The notes beneath the pieces were generated by a model. The model did not search any database. It had not been told where the DNA came from and worked only from the letters and a program-made list of their open reading frames with translations. From a virus (taxonomy: Duplodnaviria; Caudoviricetes): a stretch of 64,000 bases of DNA. Made by a program: the position numbers and the translations under genes. How positions within the stretch are numbered: position 1 is the stretch's first letter; each line of letters opens with the position of its first letter. The stretch spans positions 64,001 through 128,000 of IMG/VR virus record IMGVR_UViG_3300010167_001484; one strand, 5' to 3'. This document shows, piece after piece, positions 8,166-19,000 of this stretch.

Positions 8166-10781
8166 ATGATGGGTCAAAAACAAAGTGTTCTTGAAAAAAG
8201 GTATTTTAGAGGGGATGAGAAATCTGAAGTTCATATGTTTCATCGAGTAGCTAAGTTTCTTGCTAAAAATGAAAAAGAACGACAACAATTTTTAGAGGTG
8301 ATGGTAAATCATCAATTCTTGCCGAATACTCCTTGTTTAGTTAATGCAGGTGTACCTGAAACAGTAGCAAATTTAATGGCATGTTTTGTTTTAGGTATTG
8401 AAGATTCTATGGAAGGTATATTCAATACATTAAGAGATACTGCACTTATACATAAGACAGGTGGAGGTACAGGATTCAATTTTAGTAGTCTTAGGCCTAT
8501 GAATCATAGAGTATTATCTACAAATGGTGTAGCCTCTGGGCCTATATCTTTTATGCGTGCTTATGATGCAGCTACAGAAACTGTAAAGCAGGGAGGAGTG
8601 CGTCGAGGTGCAAATATGTCTTGTTTTTCAATACATCATCCAGATGTTATGGATTTCATAACATGTAAAGATGATTTAAATTCTTTTAATAATTTCAATA
8701 TATCTGTATTACTTGATGATGAATTCATGGAAGCAGTAAAAGCTGATAAAGATTGGGAATTTTCATTCAATGGTGAAAAATTAGGTATAGGTACAAGTGC
8801 TAGACATCTTATGGATATGATAGTAGAGCAAGCTTGGAAGAATGGTGAACCAGGAATTATCTTCATAGATGAAGTAAATAAAAATCACTCTTTACCTGAT
8901 TTGATTGAAAGTACAAATCCTTGTGTTACAGGTGATACACTTATTGAAACACGAGATGGTTTTAAATATATAATAGATTGTGTTGATAAAGTGGTTGAAA
9001 TCTGGAATGGTTATATATGGTCTAAAGTTGTACCTAGAATGACTCAAGAAAATCAAGAGATCTGGAAGATTGAATTTAGTAATGGTTGTGTATTAAAGTG
9101 TACACCTTATCATAAATTTATATTATCTGGAGGTGTTAGAGTTCAAGCTAGAGAATTAGAGATTGGGCGTATGCTGGAAACATGGTATTCTACTACAGGT
9201 GTTATTCATAAAGGTGAAACTGTTACACGTATAATATCTAATTATAGTTACGAGGATGTGTATTGTTTTAATGAATCTCATAATCATAGTGCTGTGTTCA
9301 ATGGGGTACTAACTTCTAATTGTGGCGAACAACCCTTGTTATCTTATGAAGCATGCTGTTTAGGTTCTATAAATCTTTCAAAATTTGTTTTTACGAATAG
9401 TAGATTTGATTTTAAAGGTTTTGAACGAGTTATAGGTATAGCTGTGAAATTTCTTAATAATGTAATTGATAAAAATGAGTATCCTATTGAGCAAATTAAA
9501 GAAATAAGTGAACAGAATAGAAAAATAGGGTTAGGTGTGATGGGTTATGCTGATATGCTTATCAAGATGGGACTCCGATATGGTAGTGAAGCAGCGTTAG
9601 ATTTAACAGAAGATATTGCAAAGGTGTTTCAATTATATGCTCATAAATCATCTAAAGAATTAGCTGATATAGATGGTTGTTTTCCATCTTGGAGTACTTC
9701 TTCTTATGCTATCACTGATGGTAAACTTAAACAACCAATGCATCAACGTAATGCTACTGTTACAACTATAGCACCTACAGGTACAATATCTATAATTGCT
9801 GAATGTTCTTCCGGTATAGAGCCTATATATGCACCAATTACTATAAATCGTAGAATTGATTCCGAATTTGTTGAGATTCATCCATTATTTGAAGAGATGT
9901 TGAAAGAGCGGAATCTGTATGATAAATTTATTCAACAATACGATAAATCTCAACAAGCGATAAAACCGGGAGATTTTATTTTTCAGCCTCCTAAATTGAA
10001 ATTCTTCTTACCTGATATTGCTGATTGTATAGTAACAACACATGAAATAACTCCTGAAGAACATATAAAAACACAAGCCGTGTGGCAGAAATATACAGAT
10101 AATGCAGTATCTAAAACAATCAATTTATCTGAAAGTGCTACTAAAGAGGATGTATATAATGCATATATGCTTGCTTATGAATTAAAGTGTAAAGGACTCA
10201 CCGTGTATAGAGATGGTTCTAGAATGTCACAAGTTATTTCTACTATTAATACCGTTATTGAAAATAAGGAATTGGAACGAGGTTATGTATTACCTTCAGA
10301 TGATAGTTGGTTCGGTAGAAAACGTAAACTTAAGACAGGTTGCGGTAATCTTCATGTTCAAACATGGTTTGATCCGGATACTGGAGAATTACGAGAAGTA
10401 TTCGCCAGCAAAGGCTCCGAGGGTGGCTGCAATGCTAACTTATCTGGATTATCTCGTGTAGCTTCATTATCTGCAAGATTAGGTGGTAATATGTCTGATA
10501 TAGTTGAACAATTAGAATCTGCACTTGAATGTGCTTCATATCAAGTAAGACGTTCTGAAAGAAAGGATGTTTCACCAGGTAAATCATGTCCTTCAGCTAT
10601 AGGTAAAGCTATTATTGATATGTATAATGAAGCTCAAATTCTATTAGGTTTTAGTAAAGGTGTCAAAGAGTCCTATATTAAAAATTCTAAACATGAGGGT
10701 TGTCGTCAATGTGGAGGAAAACTTAAATATGAATCAGGTTGTTCAATCTGCATACAATGTGGATTTTCTTCTTGTGGTTAA
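8166..10781 (+). CDS. nrdJ: class II (adenosylcobalamin-dependent) ribonucleotide reductase with mini-intein and C-terminal TSCPD-like domain
   Basis: FLPNTPCLVNAG, GGGTG, RRGANM, split TNP-CGE, IAPTGTIS, AVSKTIN, SCPSAIG, C-terminal Zn finger. Confidence 0.92.
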   Translation: MMGQKQSVLEKRYFRGDEKSEVHMFHRVAKFLAKNEKERQQFLEVMVNHQFLPNTPCLVNAGVPETVANLMACFVLGIEDSMEGIFNTLRDTALIHKTGGGTGFNFSSLRPMNHRVLSTNGVASGPISFMRAYDAATETVKQGGVRRGANMSCFSIHHPDVMDFITCKDDLNSFNNFNISVLLDDEFMEAVKADKDWEFSFNGEKLGIGTSARHLMDMIVEQAWKNGEPGIIFIDEVNKNHSLPDLIESTNPCVTGDTLIETRDGFKYIIDCVDKVVEIWNGYIWSKVVPRMTQENQEIWKIEFSNGCVLKCTPYHKFILSGGVRVQARELEIGRMLETWYSTTGVIHKGETVTRIISNYSYEDVYCFNESHNHSAVFNGVLTSNCGEQPLLSYEACCLGSINLSKFVFTNSRFDFKGFERVIGIAVKFLNNVIDKNEYPIEQIKEISEQNRKIGLGVMGYADMLIKMGLRYGSEAALDLTEDIAKVFQLYAHKSSKELADIDGCFPSWSTSSYAITDGKLKQPMHQRNATVTTIAPTGTISIIAECSSGIEPIYAPITINRRIDSEFVEIHPLFEEMLKERNLYDKFIQQYDKSQQAIKPGDFIFQPPKLKFFLPDIADCIVTTHEITPEEHIKTQAVWQKYTDNAVSKTINLSESATKEDVYNAYMLAYELKCKGLTVYRDGSRMSQVISTINTVIENKELERGYVLPSDDSWFGRKRKLKTGCGNLHVQTWFDPDTGELREVFASKGSEGGCNANLSGLSRVASLSARLGGNMSDIVEQLESALECASYQVRRSERKDVSPGKSCPSAIGKAIIDMYNEAQILLGFSKGVKESYIKNSKHEGCRQCGGKLKYESGCSICIQCGFSSCG
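8922..9320 (+). mobile_element. mini-intein (133 aa, no endonuclease) in NrdJ
   Basis: starts CVTGDT, block B CTPYHKF, ends ...NGVLTSN followed by Cys; splits the NPCGE motif. Confidence 0.9.
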
Positions 10782-10793
10782 GAGGTTAGTATA

Positions 10794-11084
10794 ATGCTAA
10801 ATGGTTGTGGATTTTATGGATGTCATGTATTGAATCGGGGCGATTGTGAATGCACTAAATGTAGTATGACTACAGGATGGTGTCAAGATTGTAATGAATT
10901 TCCAGCTCGTGTTAGAAATGATATATTCTTAGGTCAAGCTATGCAAGAAAAATGTGTAATGTGTAGAGATATTCAAGGTCGCAAGCAGGGATATGTTCAG
11001 TTCACTGAATTTGAAGTTTTAAGAGTTGTTTGTGAGGATTGTAAACCTAAAATTAGAGATATGAAGATTATTGATTTAATCTAA
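10794..11084 (+). CDS. Cys-rich hypothetical protein
   Basis: multiple CxxC motifs; RBS present. Confidence 0.6.
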   Translation: MLNGCGFYGCHVLNRGDCECTKCSMTTGWCQDCNEFPARVRNDIFLGQAMQEKCVMCRDIQGRKQGYVQFTEFEVLRVVCEDCKPKIRDMKIIDLI

Positions 11085-11161
11085 ATTTTAAATGTGTGTA
11101 TGAAATTGCTGTGATAGACTTAGAGCATTTCAAAAAATATATAAAATAAGGAGAAATAACC

Positions 11162-11842
11162 ATGAGCGACTTGTTGAGGACACCAAGTAAAAAATCCATC
11201 ATTTCAGACGAGAAACCATTTTCACGTATATTTGTAGTGCTTGCTATGTTGTTTGCTATGTGTATTATCACATCAAATATATTAGCGGCGAAACTTATCC
11301 AAGTAGGTCCTTGGGTCATGCCGTCTGGGGTTCTTATCTTTCCAATTGTATACATATTAGGTGATACTCTTACCGAAGTGTATGGATACGCAAAGATGAA
11401 AATCATTATATGGACAGGTTTTGCTGTTAATGCCGTAGCTGTCGGATTTTTTCAATTAGCTATTGCTATACCTTCACCTATATGGTTTGAGGATAGTGAG
11501 GCTTTCAGTATTATATTAGGGGCAACACCGCGTATACTTGTTGCGAGTTTAGTAGCCTATTTAGTTGGTTCTTTTGCAAATGCTAAATGTATGAAGTATA
11601 TGCGTACAATGTGGAAGAAACAGTTATTCGCTCGCTGTTCAATATCTACTGTGATAGGTCAGTTCTTGGATAGTGCTATATTCATCACAGTTGCTTTTGC
11701 TTTCAGTATGGAGTGGAGTCAGGTAGGTATAATGATAATAACACAATCTGTATTCAAGATACTTTATGAAATTGTTATATATCCATTGACCCGACTTAGT
11801 ATTGTAAAATTTAGATCTTGGGATGATACGGCACAAGATTAA
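11162..11842 (+). CDS. yhhQ: queuosine precursor (preQ0/preQ1) transporter, YhhQ/Vut_1 family
   Basis: SNILAAK, FPIVYILGDTLTEVYG, PRILVASLVAYLVG, STVIGQFLDSAIF; multi-TM protein. Confidence 0.9.
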   Translation: MSDLLRTPSKKSIISDEKPFSRIFVVLAMLFAMCIITSNILAAKLIQVGPWVMPSGVLIFPIVYILGDTLTEVYGYAKMKIIIWTGFAVNAVAVGFFQLAIAIPSPIWFEDSEAFSIILGATPRILVASLVAYLVGSFANAKCMKYMRTMWKKQLFARCSISTVIGQFLDSAIFITVAFAFSMEWSQVGIMIITQSVFKILYEIVIYPLTRLSIVKFRSWDDTAQD

Positions 11843-11850
11843 GTGAATTG

Positions 11851-11883
11851 AGTCGACTGTGCTAGTCTATCAGCCAGTCGACT
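11851..11883 (+). terminator. stem-loop after yhhQ (possible terminator or processing site)
   Basis: AGTCGACTG (11851-59) pairs with CAGTCGACT (11875-83); no strong U-tract. Confidence 0.45.
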
Positions 11884-11902
11884 ACTTCAAGGAGATTCTA
11901 TT

Positions 11903-12208
11903 ATGCGAAATAAATTTAATCAAGAATATATATTGAGTTTATGTAAAGATGTTGATTGTGGGATGCTTACACCTCCCATGGATGCACAAGTAGCATTAGA
12001 AGAGTTGAAGCGATATTTTCTTGGTGATGATTGGTATTTTGTTGGACCTGGAGATGCGGAACAAGGTAATATGGAAATTGTATGTGCAATTCAGCAGAAA
12101 TATAGAGGAATTAGAATTAAAAAATGTTGTAAAGAATCTAAAAAACTTGCAAGAAAAGATGTTAATATGATTTTTTGTTTGAAATGCGGAAATAAGGTGG
12201 TATTATAG
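11903..12208 (+). CDS. hypothetical protein
   Basis: RBS AAGGAG, ATG start. Confidence 0.6.
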   Translation: MRNKFNQEYILSLCKDVDCGMLTPPMDAQVALEELKRYFLGDDWYFVGPGDAEQGNMEIVCAIQQKYRGIRIKKCCKESKKLARKDVNMIFCLKCGNKVVL

Positions 12209-12474
12209 TGAGATTTCTAATAGCAACTGAAACTGGTAGAGATGTGAAAGTTATTAAGTATGAACGTCATTTTATTGTAGATGGTCATGATAGTGATGAA
12301 GCATTAGATAAATATAATAATCTTCACAATGATATTTCCGGAACGGTTATAGCAAAAATAGATCCTTACACTCGTATAAATGTACGTAGTGGTCCTATTG
12401 ATGAAAAGAAGATGCTACATCTGTATAATAATGATGTGCTTCTACCAGTTGCAGATAAGGCAGATTTCTCATAG
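12208..12474 (+). CDS. hypothetical protein
   Basis: start overlaps the previous stop codon. Confidence 0.55.
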   Translation: MRFLIATETGRDVKVIKYERHFIVDGHDSDEALDKYNNLHNDISGTVIAKIDPYTRINVRSGPIDEKKMLHLYNNDVLLPVADKADFS

Positions 12475-12476
12475 AT

Positions 12477-12507
12477 TTCGTATAAATTTATATATAATTT
12501 ATACGAA
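12477..12507. promoter_or_regulatory. perfect 12-bp inverted repeat TTCGTATAAATT-N7-AATTTATACGAA upstream of a sigma-like gene
   Basis: seen directly; shares TCGTATA half-sites with the duplicated element at 4025 and 31206. Confidence 0.65.
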
Positions 12508-12567
12508 TTATTTAAAAAATAATTAAAATTCCTATTTATTTCTTATTTTGGTTATATTATAATCATA

Positions 12568-13389
12568 ATGAGGTGTCAATTCGCCACCTTGCAATTTACA
12601 AATCTTAGTAGAGATTGTGGGGTGAAGTTTATCTTGCCGGATGACGTGGAAATCATAAAGAAGAAAACTCTAGAACTTTACTCACAATTACCTCTTGATT
12701 GTGAAGAAGGTCGTAGATCTAGAATAGATATAAGAGACGAATTATACTCAATGCACACACGGTTCTTACATAAAATGGCTCAGAATACTTATTTAGATAA
12801 TAGAAAATATACATATGATGATATATTTCAAGAAACTTGTTTACAATTCTTAGAGATATGGTGGTGGTTTCAATATCCACCAAGATATAAATCAAATGCA
12901 TCTTTTACATCTTATTTCTTTTTAAGAATAATTGAGCGAACTGTTAGAGCATTAAATGAACTTTCTTATTCAATGTGTCGTTCAACTTATATGAAATGTG
13001 CAGATTTACTCGGATTAGATCATTGGAATCAATTGAAGTTAGAAATGTTATCTAAAATTGAGGGTCATCATGAATTAGTACAACTCTGTATGAGATTGAT
13101 GAATAGTAGATATAAAACATCAATTGATGAGCATTGGGATATAGGTAAAAGTGATAAAATCTCTTCTAGTGATCGATTATTATCTTATTTAAATAATCCT
13201 TCTGACGAGAAACGATTATTGATATCGGAAATGATAAGTAGAGAATCCGATTTATCACCTAGAGAATTAACTGAAATCAGTGAATTATATTCAATACCTA
13301 TTGTAGAGCTTATACCTCATATAGAATTAGCAAGGGTTGAATTGTATCATATTCTAAAAGATGTAGATAATATCAATTACTTGAATTAA
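12568..13389 (+). CDS. phage RNA polymerase sigma-factor-like protein
   Basis: YDDIFQETCLQFLE...SFTSY region-2-like segment and a C-terminal HTH-like helix pattern; start may be further downstream. Confidence 0.6.
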   Translation: MRCQFATLQFTNLSRDCGVKFILPDDVEIIKKKTLELYSQLPLDCEEGRRSRIDIRDELYSMHTRFLHKMAQNTYLDNRKYTYDDIFQETCLQFLEIWWWFQYPPRYKSNASFTSYFFLRIIERTVRALNELSYSMCRSTYMKCADLLGLDHWNQLKLEMLSKIEGHHELVQLCMRLMNSRYKTSIDEHWDIGKSDKISSSDRLLSYLNNPSDEKRLLISEMISRESDLSPRELTEISELYSIPIVELIPHIELARVELYHILKDVDNINYLN

Positions 13390-13433
13390 TTCAAAAAAAA
13401 TCAAAAAAAAATTAAAAATTTTTAAAAAAGGTA

Positions 13434-13462
13434 TTGACTTTTGGAGAAAAATAATATATAAT
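13434..13462 (+). promoter_or_regulatory. host sigmaA/sigma70-type early promoter with A-tract UP element
   Basis: TTGACT (13434-39), 17-bp spacer, TATAAT (13457-62); A/T tracts at 13393-13430. Confidence 0.85.
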
Positions 13463-13562
13463 ATAGATGTAGTATATCATATAGAATATTAGGTTGACAA
13501 AAGTCATCCACCCAATTATCAATGTAATATCAAAATATTATCAAAGAAAGAGGTATAAGGAT

Positions 13563-14309
13563 ATGTCAAAGATTAATCAAGAATTTGCTATCAATCAATT
13601 CGCAAGAACACGGAGAGATTTTTCAGAGTACACAGGTATAAGTAGTCCAATATCCTATGAAGAATGGTCGCAACAATCAGAGGATATGAAGGCTGCTCTT
13701 TTGTTTGTCAATTTCTACGAACAGATAACCTTTGCCTGGTATAAATCAAGCACAGAGTATGTTTATGAAGAAGATGGTGTTGATGAAGCTATAAACATCT
13801 GTTGTAAACTTTGTGGAACATCACTTAAGAGATTACAGAAGGATACTAAATCAGAATCGTCAATGACACCTGATACATTTCAACCTCGATACATGTATAG
13901 AGTCATGAAGAATGCTTTTGATTGTCTAGTATATACAAAGAATGGTACTAAGACAGAGTATCATCCAGATGATAAGAAGAATCCAGAAAATAATAGAAGA
14001 GTCCAAAGTCAGTATTTTGTAGATTCTTCTGGTGTTGAACAAGATATGCTTGCCACAATCAATGGAAGTAAGGATCTATTAGAAACTATCGAGAATGAGA
14101 GACTTTGGTCAGTGATGCAGTCAGAAGATGATAACGAAGATGTTCAATATATTATCGATAGATTGATGAGATATGATGAACGTATGCAAGAAGCTAAAAA
14201 TCTCGAAACACTTGAAAAAGTTAGAGTAAGTAAAGCTAAATTCATTGAAAGGAATTTTGACATTATATCTGATCTAAGAGAAAAATTAAAGGATTTTGCT
14301 CCTGCATAA
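13563..14309 (+). CDS. early protein, possibly a second divergent sigma-like factor
   Basis: downstream of the sigmaA promoter; EDGVDEAI...YMYRVMKNAFDC resembles sigma region 2; ATG at 13563 has an RBS. Confidence 0.45.
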   Translation: MSKINQEFAINQFARTRRDFSEYTGISSPISYEEWSQQSEDMKAALLFVNFYEQITFAWYKSSTEYVYEEDGVDEAINICCKLCGTSLKRLQKDTKSESSMTPDTFQPRYMYRVMKNAFDCLVYTKNGTKTEYHPDDKKNPENNRRVQSQYFVDSSGVEQDMLATINGSKDLLETIENERLWSVMQSEDDNEDVQYIIDRLMRYDERMQEAKNLETLEKVRVSKAKFIERNFDIISDLREKLKDFAPA

Positions 14310-14321
14310 AATTTCAAATAT

Positions 14322-14330
14322 TTCGTTATA
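14322..14330 (+). promoter_or_regulatory. TTCGTTATA phage-specific (middle-type) promoter motif
   Basis: same motif is intergenic at 21890, 22954, 61379 and 63224. Confidence 0.6.
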
Positions 14331-14385
14331 GTAGATACGGAACAATCATATCCAATATCAAAGAATCCAAAAGGAGAAATTAAAA

Positions 14386-14757
14386 ATGACACTCAAATTT
14401 TTTATTTCAAGGACTTATATAGATAAATTAGCTTCGTTAATAGATAGATTAAAGCATCTTAAGGAATTAGATGTACCAGATATAATATTAGATGAAGCTC
14501 AGAAAGGTATAGACATCTACTCTACTGCATTAGGTAATAATACAATCAGCTCAGTCATGGGAGGTAGAGTAAAATATAGTTCTTATATTGATTTAGAGAT
14601 ATTGTATAAAGCTTCTGTAACTTATTGGACCGGTAAATATATGCATAATAAGTTTGCTGGAGTAGGTGTTATTCTTTCAGATGGAACTAAACTCTGGTAT
14701 ATTCCTTCACTTGATATACTTACTAAACCCCAAGTATCTAAAAGAAATGTATCTTAA
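14386..14757 (+). CDS. hypothetical protein
   Basis: RBS AAAGGAG. Confidence 0.65.
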   Translation: MTLKFFISRTYIDKLASLIDRLKHLKELDVPDIILDEAQKGIDIYSTALGNNTISSVMGGRVKYSSYIDLEILYKASVTYWTGKYMHNKFAGVGVILSDGTKLWYIPSLDILTKPQVSKRNVS

Positions 14758-14793
14758 TAAATATATCAAAAAATCCAAAAGGAGATTAAGAAG

Positions 14794-15051
14794 ATGAAAA
14801 CATTAAACAACATGCCGAAAACTTATAATCGTAAAACATGGGACACAGAGATCGAAGGACTCCGCTGGTATGTAGAATGGAAAGAGAATGATATTGAGGT
14901 AACCACTATAGGTAGGCACAGAAAATTGGAAGGTATGGTAAGGTTGAATTATTTTACCACACAGAAAGCGGCTTATGAATTCATTGATCAACTTAGAGGT
15001 GAATCCGTTTATGCTTGGTATAAAGAACCTGGTTGGGAAGAAGAGATTTAG
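14794..15051 (+). CDS. hypothetical protein
   Basis: RBS AAAGGAG; upstream block duplicated from the previous gene. Confidence 0.65.
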   Translation: MKTLNNMPKTYNRKTWDTEIEGLRWYVEWKENDIEVTTIGRHRKLEGMVRLNYFTTQKAAYEFIDQLRGESVYAWYKEPGWEEEI

Positions 15052-15053
15052 AT

Positions 15054-15290
15054 ATGATTCTTATTGATGGTGTGGGGCATATAGTATCTGATAGGTCTAT
15101 AGAAGAATTACATAGCTTTGCATCATCAATGGGCTTGAAACGAGAATGGTATCAAGATAAGCGAATTCCACATTATGATGCAACAACAAATGTGATGAAA
15201 CGGAAAGCTCATATTCTAGGTGCTCAATTTGTGTCGTCTAGAGGTATTGTACGTAGGGCTGTAAGAAATTCATTAAATATTTCATTATAG
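15054..15290 (+). CDS. DUF4031-like protein
   Basis: H.VSD.S.EELH.FA..MGLKREWYQ...PHYD motif. Confidence 0.75.
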   Translation: MILIDGVGHIVSDRSIEELHSFASSMGLKREWYQDKRIPHYDATTNVMKRKAHILGAQFVSSRGIVRRAVRNSLNISL

Positions 15291-15330
15291 TATATAAGGA
15301 AGTAAAAAATCTAACTAGGAGGACAATATA

Positions 15331-16059
15331 ATGGCTTTTAAGAAATCTGAGGAATATAGAAAAGATAAATATGGTGCTATGCTAGTACTACCTAATGATC
15401 AAGATTTTGTTGATCTGATTTTGTTATATCAATCTCAAAGTGATGTACTTCTTGCAGATGTACATTATATCAAATCAGATGAATATTCTGGTTATGTTCA
15501 TTGTTTAGGTCAAGGTTGTCCTGCATGTAACCATATCACACCTGGAGGTCAGAAAGGTATTAGGATTCAACCTAAATTATTTATTCCTATCTATAGTATA
15601 GAATCGAAAGAGATAATGTTCTTTGATAGATCAGTGAAATTTGAGAATCAACTTCAGAACGAAGTATTCACTAAATTCCCTAATCCTTCTGAATATGTTT
15701 TTAGACTTACACGACACGGTGCACCAGGTAGTATGGAAACTTATTATACTTTTGTTGCTGTAGGTAACAATGTTGTTAAATCTTATGAAAAAATCTTCGA
15801 AGAGTTTGAAATCAAATTAGACGAAAATGACACACCTGATTTTTACGAATACATATGTAGAGAAGTTGATGCAATTACAATGCAGCGGTGGTTATCTAAT
15901 TCTAATTCAAGTTCAGGTACAAGTTCTACCAGTGCAATGGTAGATTATGCAGTAACACCTAGGGTGTCATCTGTTGATACATCTACACCCATAGTACCTC
16001 CTCCTGATTTTGTTAGTGATTTGGAGGGAGATGAAATAGGTGATACTCCTGAATTTTAG
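15331..16059 (+). CDS. single-stranded DNA-binding protein (gp32-like)
   Basis: H...C...CPAC Zn site, acidic C-terminal tail ending GDTPEF, directly upstream of the polymerase. Confidence 0.7.
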   Translation: MAFKKSEEYRKDKYGAMLVLPNDQDFVDLILLYQSQSDVLLADVHYIKSDEYSGYVHCLGQGCPACNHITPGGQKGIRIQPKLFIPIYSIESKEIMFFDRSVKFENQLQNEVFTKFPNPSEYVFRLTRHGAPGSMETYYTFVAVGNNVVKSYEKIFEEFEIKLDENDTPDFYEYICREVDAITMQRWLSNSNSSSGTSSTSAMVDYAVTPRVSSVDTSTPIVPPPDFVSDLEGDEIGDTPEF

Positions 16060-16075
16060 CAGGAGGTAGTAAAAT

Positions 16076-19000
16076 TTGTCCCTATTCACCCCAAAACAGG
16101 AATCTATTATAAATGCTCAAGCGGTAAAATCTGAACAACTAATTGAGCCTAAGATTTCTGTGAATTCTAAGAGTATTAAAAATGATTTAAATGTGATGTC
16201 AGCTAAAGTAATTGAATATTTTCAAAATTCAGAAGCTATCTTGATTACAGATGAGATAGAACTTCTGAATTATGTTGATAAGGTTATTGAAGTAGGATAT
16301 TGCGGTATAGATACAGAAACAACTGGATTAGATAGACGTAGAGATTCTATTGTAGGTATATCATTGTATTATCCAGGTGGTAAAGAGTGTTATATACCTT
16401 GTAAACACATGTTACCTATATTCAATGAACCGCGTAAGAATCAGATGACATATGAACAAATTGCTCCTTATTTGAATAAACTCGTTGATAGTAAAGTTAA
16501 ATTGATATTTGCTAATGCCGATTTTGACCTTGCTATGATTTATAATAGTATAGGTGTAGATTTGATTCCGGCATTTCATTATGATGTAATACTTGCGTGG
16601 AGATGCTTGAAGGAGAATGAAAAACGCAACGGTTTGAAGGAATTATATCACAAATATGTTTTAAAGGGTGAAGGTGATGCAGGTAGGTTTAGTGATTTTT
16701 TCACTCCGTCTTTATTTCCTTTCTGTGAACCTGAAGTAGCTAAATTGTATGCTGCTAATGATGCTAAGATAACATATGAATTATTCATGTGGCAATTGCC
16801 TTATATTACAAAAGATAATCCTAAATGTATTAAAAATAATCTACAACAGATTGCTGATCTGATTTGGAATATTGAATTTCCTCTTGTTGCTGTATGTCAA
16901 GAATTTCATAGGTTAGGAATATATATAGATAAATTTGTTTCAACCCAACTTAATAGAAGGTATGAACCTATATATGCAGAAGAATTAGCTAAACTGCAAT
17001 ATATGGTTGGAGAGTTATCAAGTAACCCTAAATATATGACAAAGTCTAAGAAACCTTGGTATAATCCTTCTGATTTTAATCCAGATTCTCCTAAACATGT
17101 TTCATATTTAGTATATGATATGTTGAAGTTAGATGCAGGTAAAACAAGATCTACAGATAAAGAAATACTCAACGCATTCAAATTACCTATAACTAATCAA
17201 ATTTTGAGATGTAGAAGTCTTAATACTCTGATTAATACTTTTGTTAACAAACTACCTAAAGAAGTTTGGAAAGATGGTAGAATTCATTGTCAATTTAATT
17301 CGGTCGGCGCCAGCACTGGCAGGATGAGTTGTATTGGTGAAGGTATGATGATATCTATGCCCGGAGGGGATGTACCTATACAAGATGTTAAATCAGGCAG
17401 TTATGTGTATACTTATACTTCAGATAATAAACTTACACTTGCTAAAGTTAAAACTAGTTGGATGACTGGAATACGCGATTGTGTAAAATTGAAATGGGTA
17501 TCTAAATATAATCCTAAATCTACTTCAGGTGAGCTTATATGTACTCCCGATCATTTTATAAAAACTACAATAGGTTGGGTGATGGCTAAAGATCTTACAC
17601 CTCAACATAGAATACTTCATGTGCATAGAGCTGATTGTAAGAATAGTGTTAGACTCTCTGCATATAATGGACAAGGAGATGAGGAAGAGCATGCATGGAT
17701 AAAACGAGAGTATCTTAAACCTGATAATCTGAGTATGAATGTTCATCATGAAGATGGTGATCGATTAGATAACGATCCAACTAATTTGGTACTATGTACA
17801 CCTGGAGTTCATACAAATTTACATTTATCTGATGGTCTGCCTAGAAATAAACATCATATAGGTAGATGTGGTTATAGTAGGGATGAACTCATTAAAATGT
17901 GTGAGGATGTTAATTGGGAATTATGGAAAGTACCACATGATTGGGGAACAATTATAGGGTGGTTGCAAAATTATAGGGTGAATTATATTCAAGAATATAC
18001 AGCTTCATATTCAAAGCGTAATCATATAAAGAACAGACATGGAACATATCATAAATTAGCTAGACTCCAATTTAATAAAACTCATGTTGTCTATGCTTTA
18101 GAGTTATGTGAGGGTAATCTTGCATTAGGTGGTAGTTATTTTGGAGTTAGTGCAGATAAGTTTAAATCTGCTTGTGATAAATATGAGTTATTAGATAATC
18201 ATAAAGTAATTTCTATCGAGTATCTTGAAGAACCTTTGAATGTATATGATTTAGAGATTGAAGGTACACATAATTTTATAGCTAGTGAATTATGTGTACA
18301 TAATTCTCAGAGTCCCAATATGCAAAATATACCTTCAAGAAATAAAGATATTAGATTGATGTTTAGAGCTTCTCCAGGATATGTTTTATTATCGGGGGAC
18401 TTCTCCGCACAAGAACCTCGGCTTACTGCTTATTGTTCTAATGATGAGAAGATGATACAAGCATTCAAAGATGGTAAAGATATTTATGGTTCTATAGGTG
18501 CTATAGCTTTTGGGGTTCCTTATGAAGAAGCAATCGAACATATGCCGGACGGTTCAATTAATTCAGAGGGTAAGAATCGTAGAGATAGTATAAAGACAGT
18601 GCTCCTGGGAGCGACTTATGGACGTAGTGTTCAAACTATTGCAGAGCAATTATATGGTGAAGATAAATCTTTGACTAATGAAGAAATGTTAGCTAAAGGA
18701 CAAGCTGTATTTGATGCAGTTATGTTTGCTTGTCCTGCATTGCGGTCGTTCATGTTGAATGCACAAAATCATGCAAGAAAGTTTGGTTATGTACAAACTA
18801 TATTAGGTAGACGTAGACACATACCTGAAATGCAATTACCTGAATTTGAATTTAGAGCTATGTCCGGGTACATCAATCCGGATATTGATCCCATGGATAT
18901 AGATACATTATCTAATATAAATGAGATACCAGATAGGGTTATAGAATCTCTCAGAGAAGAGTTTTCAGGTTTGAGATATTTTGGTCAAATTGTTAAACGT

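Noticed and set aside
11101-11155. Hairpin plus A-rich tail upstream of yhhQ as a preQ1 riboswitch
   Set aside because: A stem and A-tract are present, but I cannot match the conserved preQ1-I loop and tail nucleotides; needs a covariance-model search
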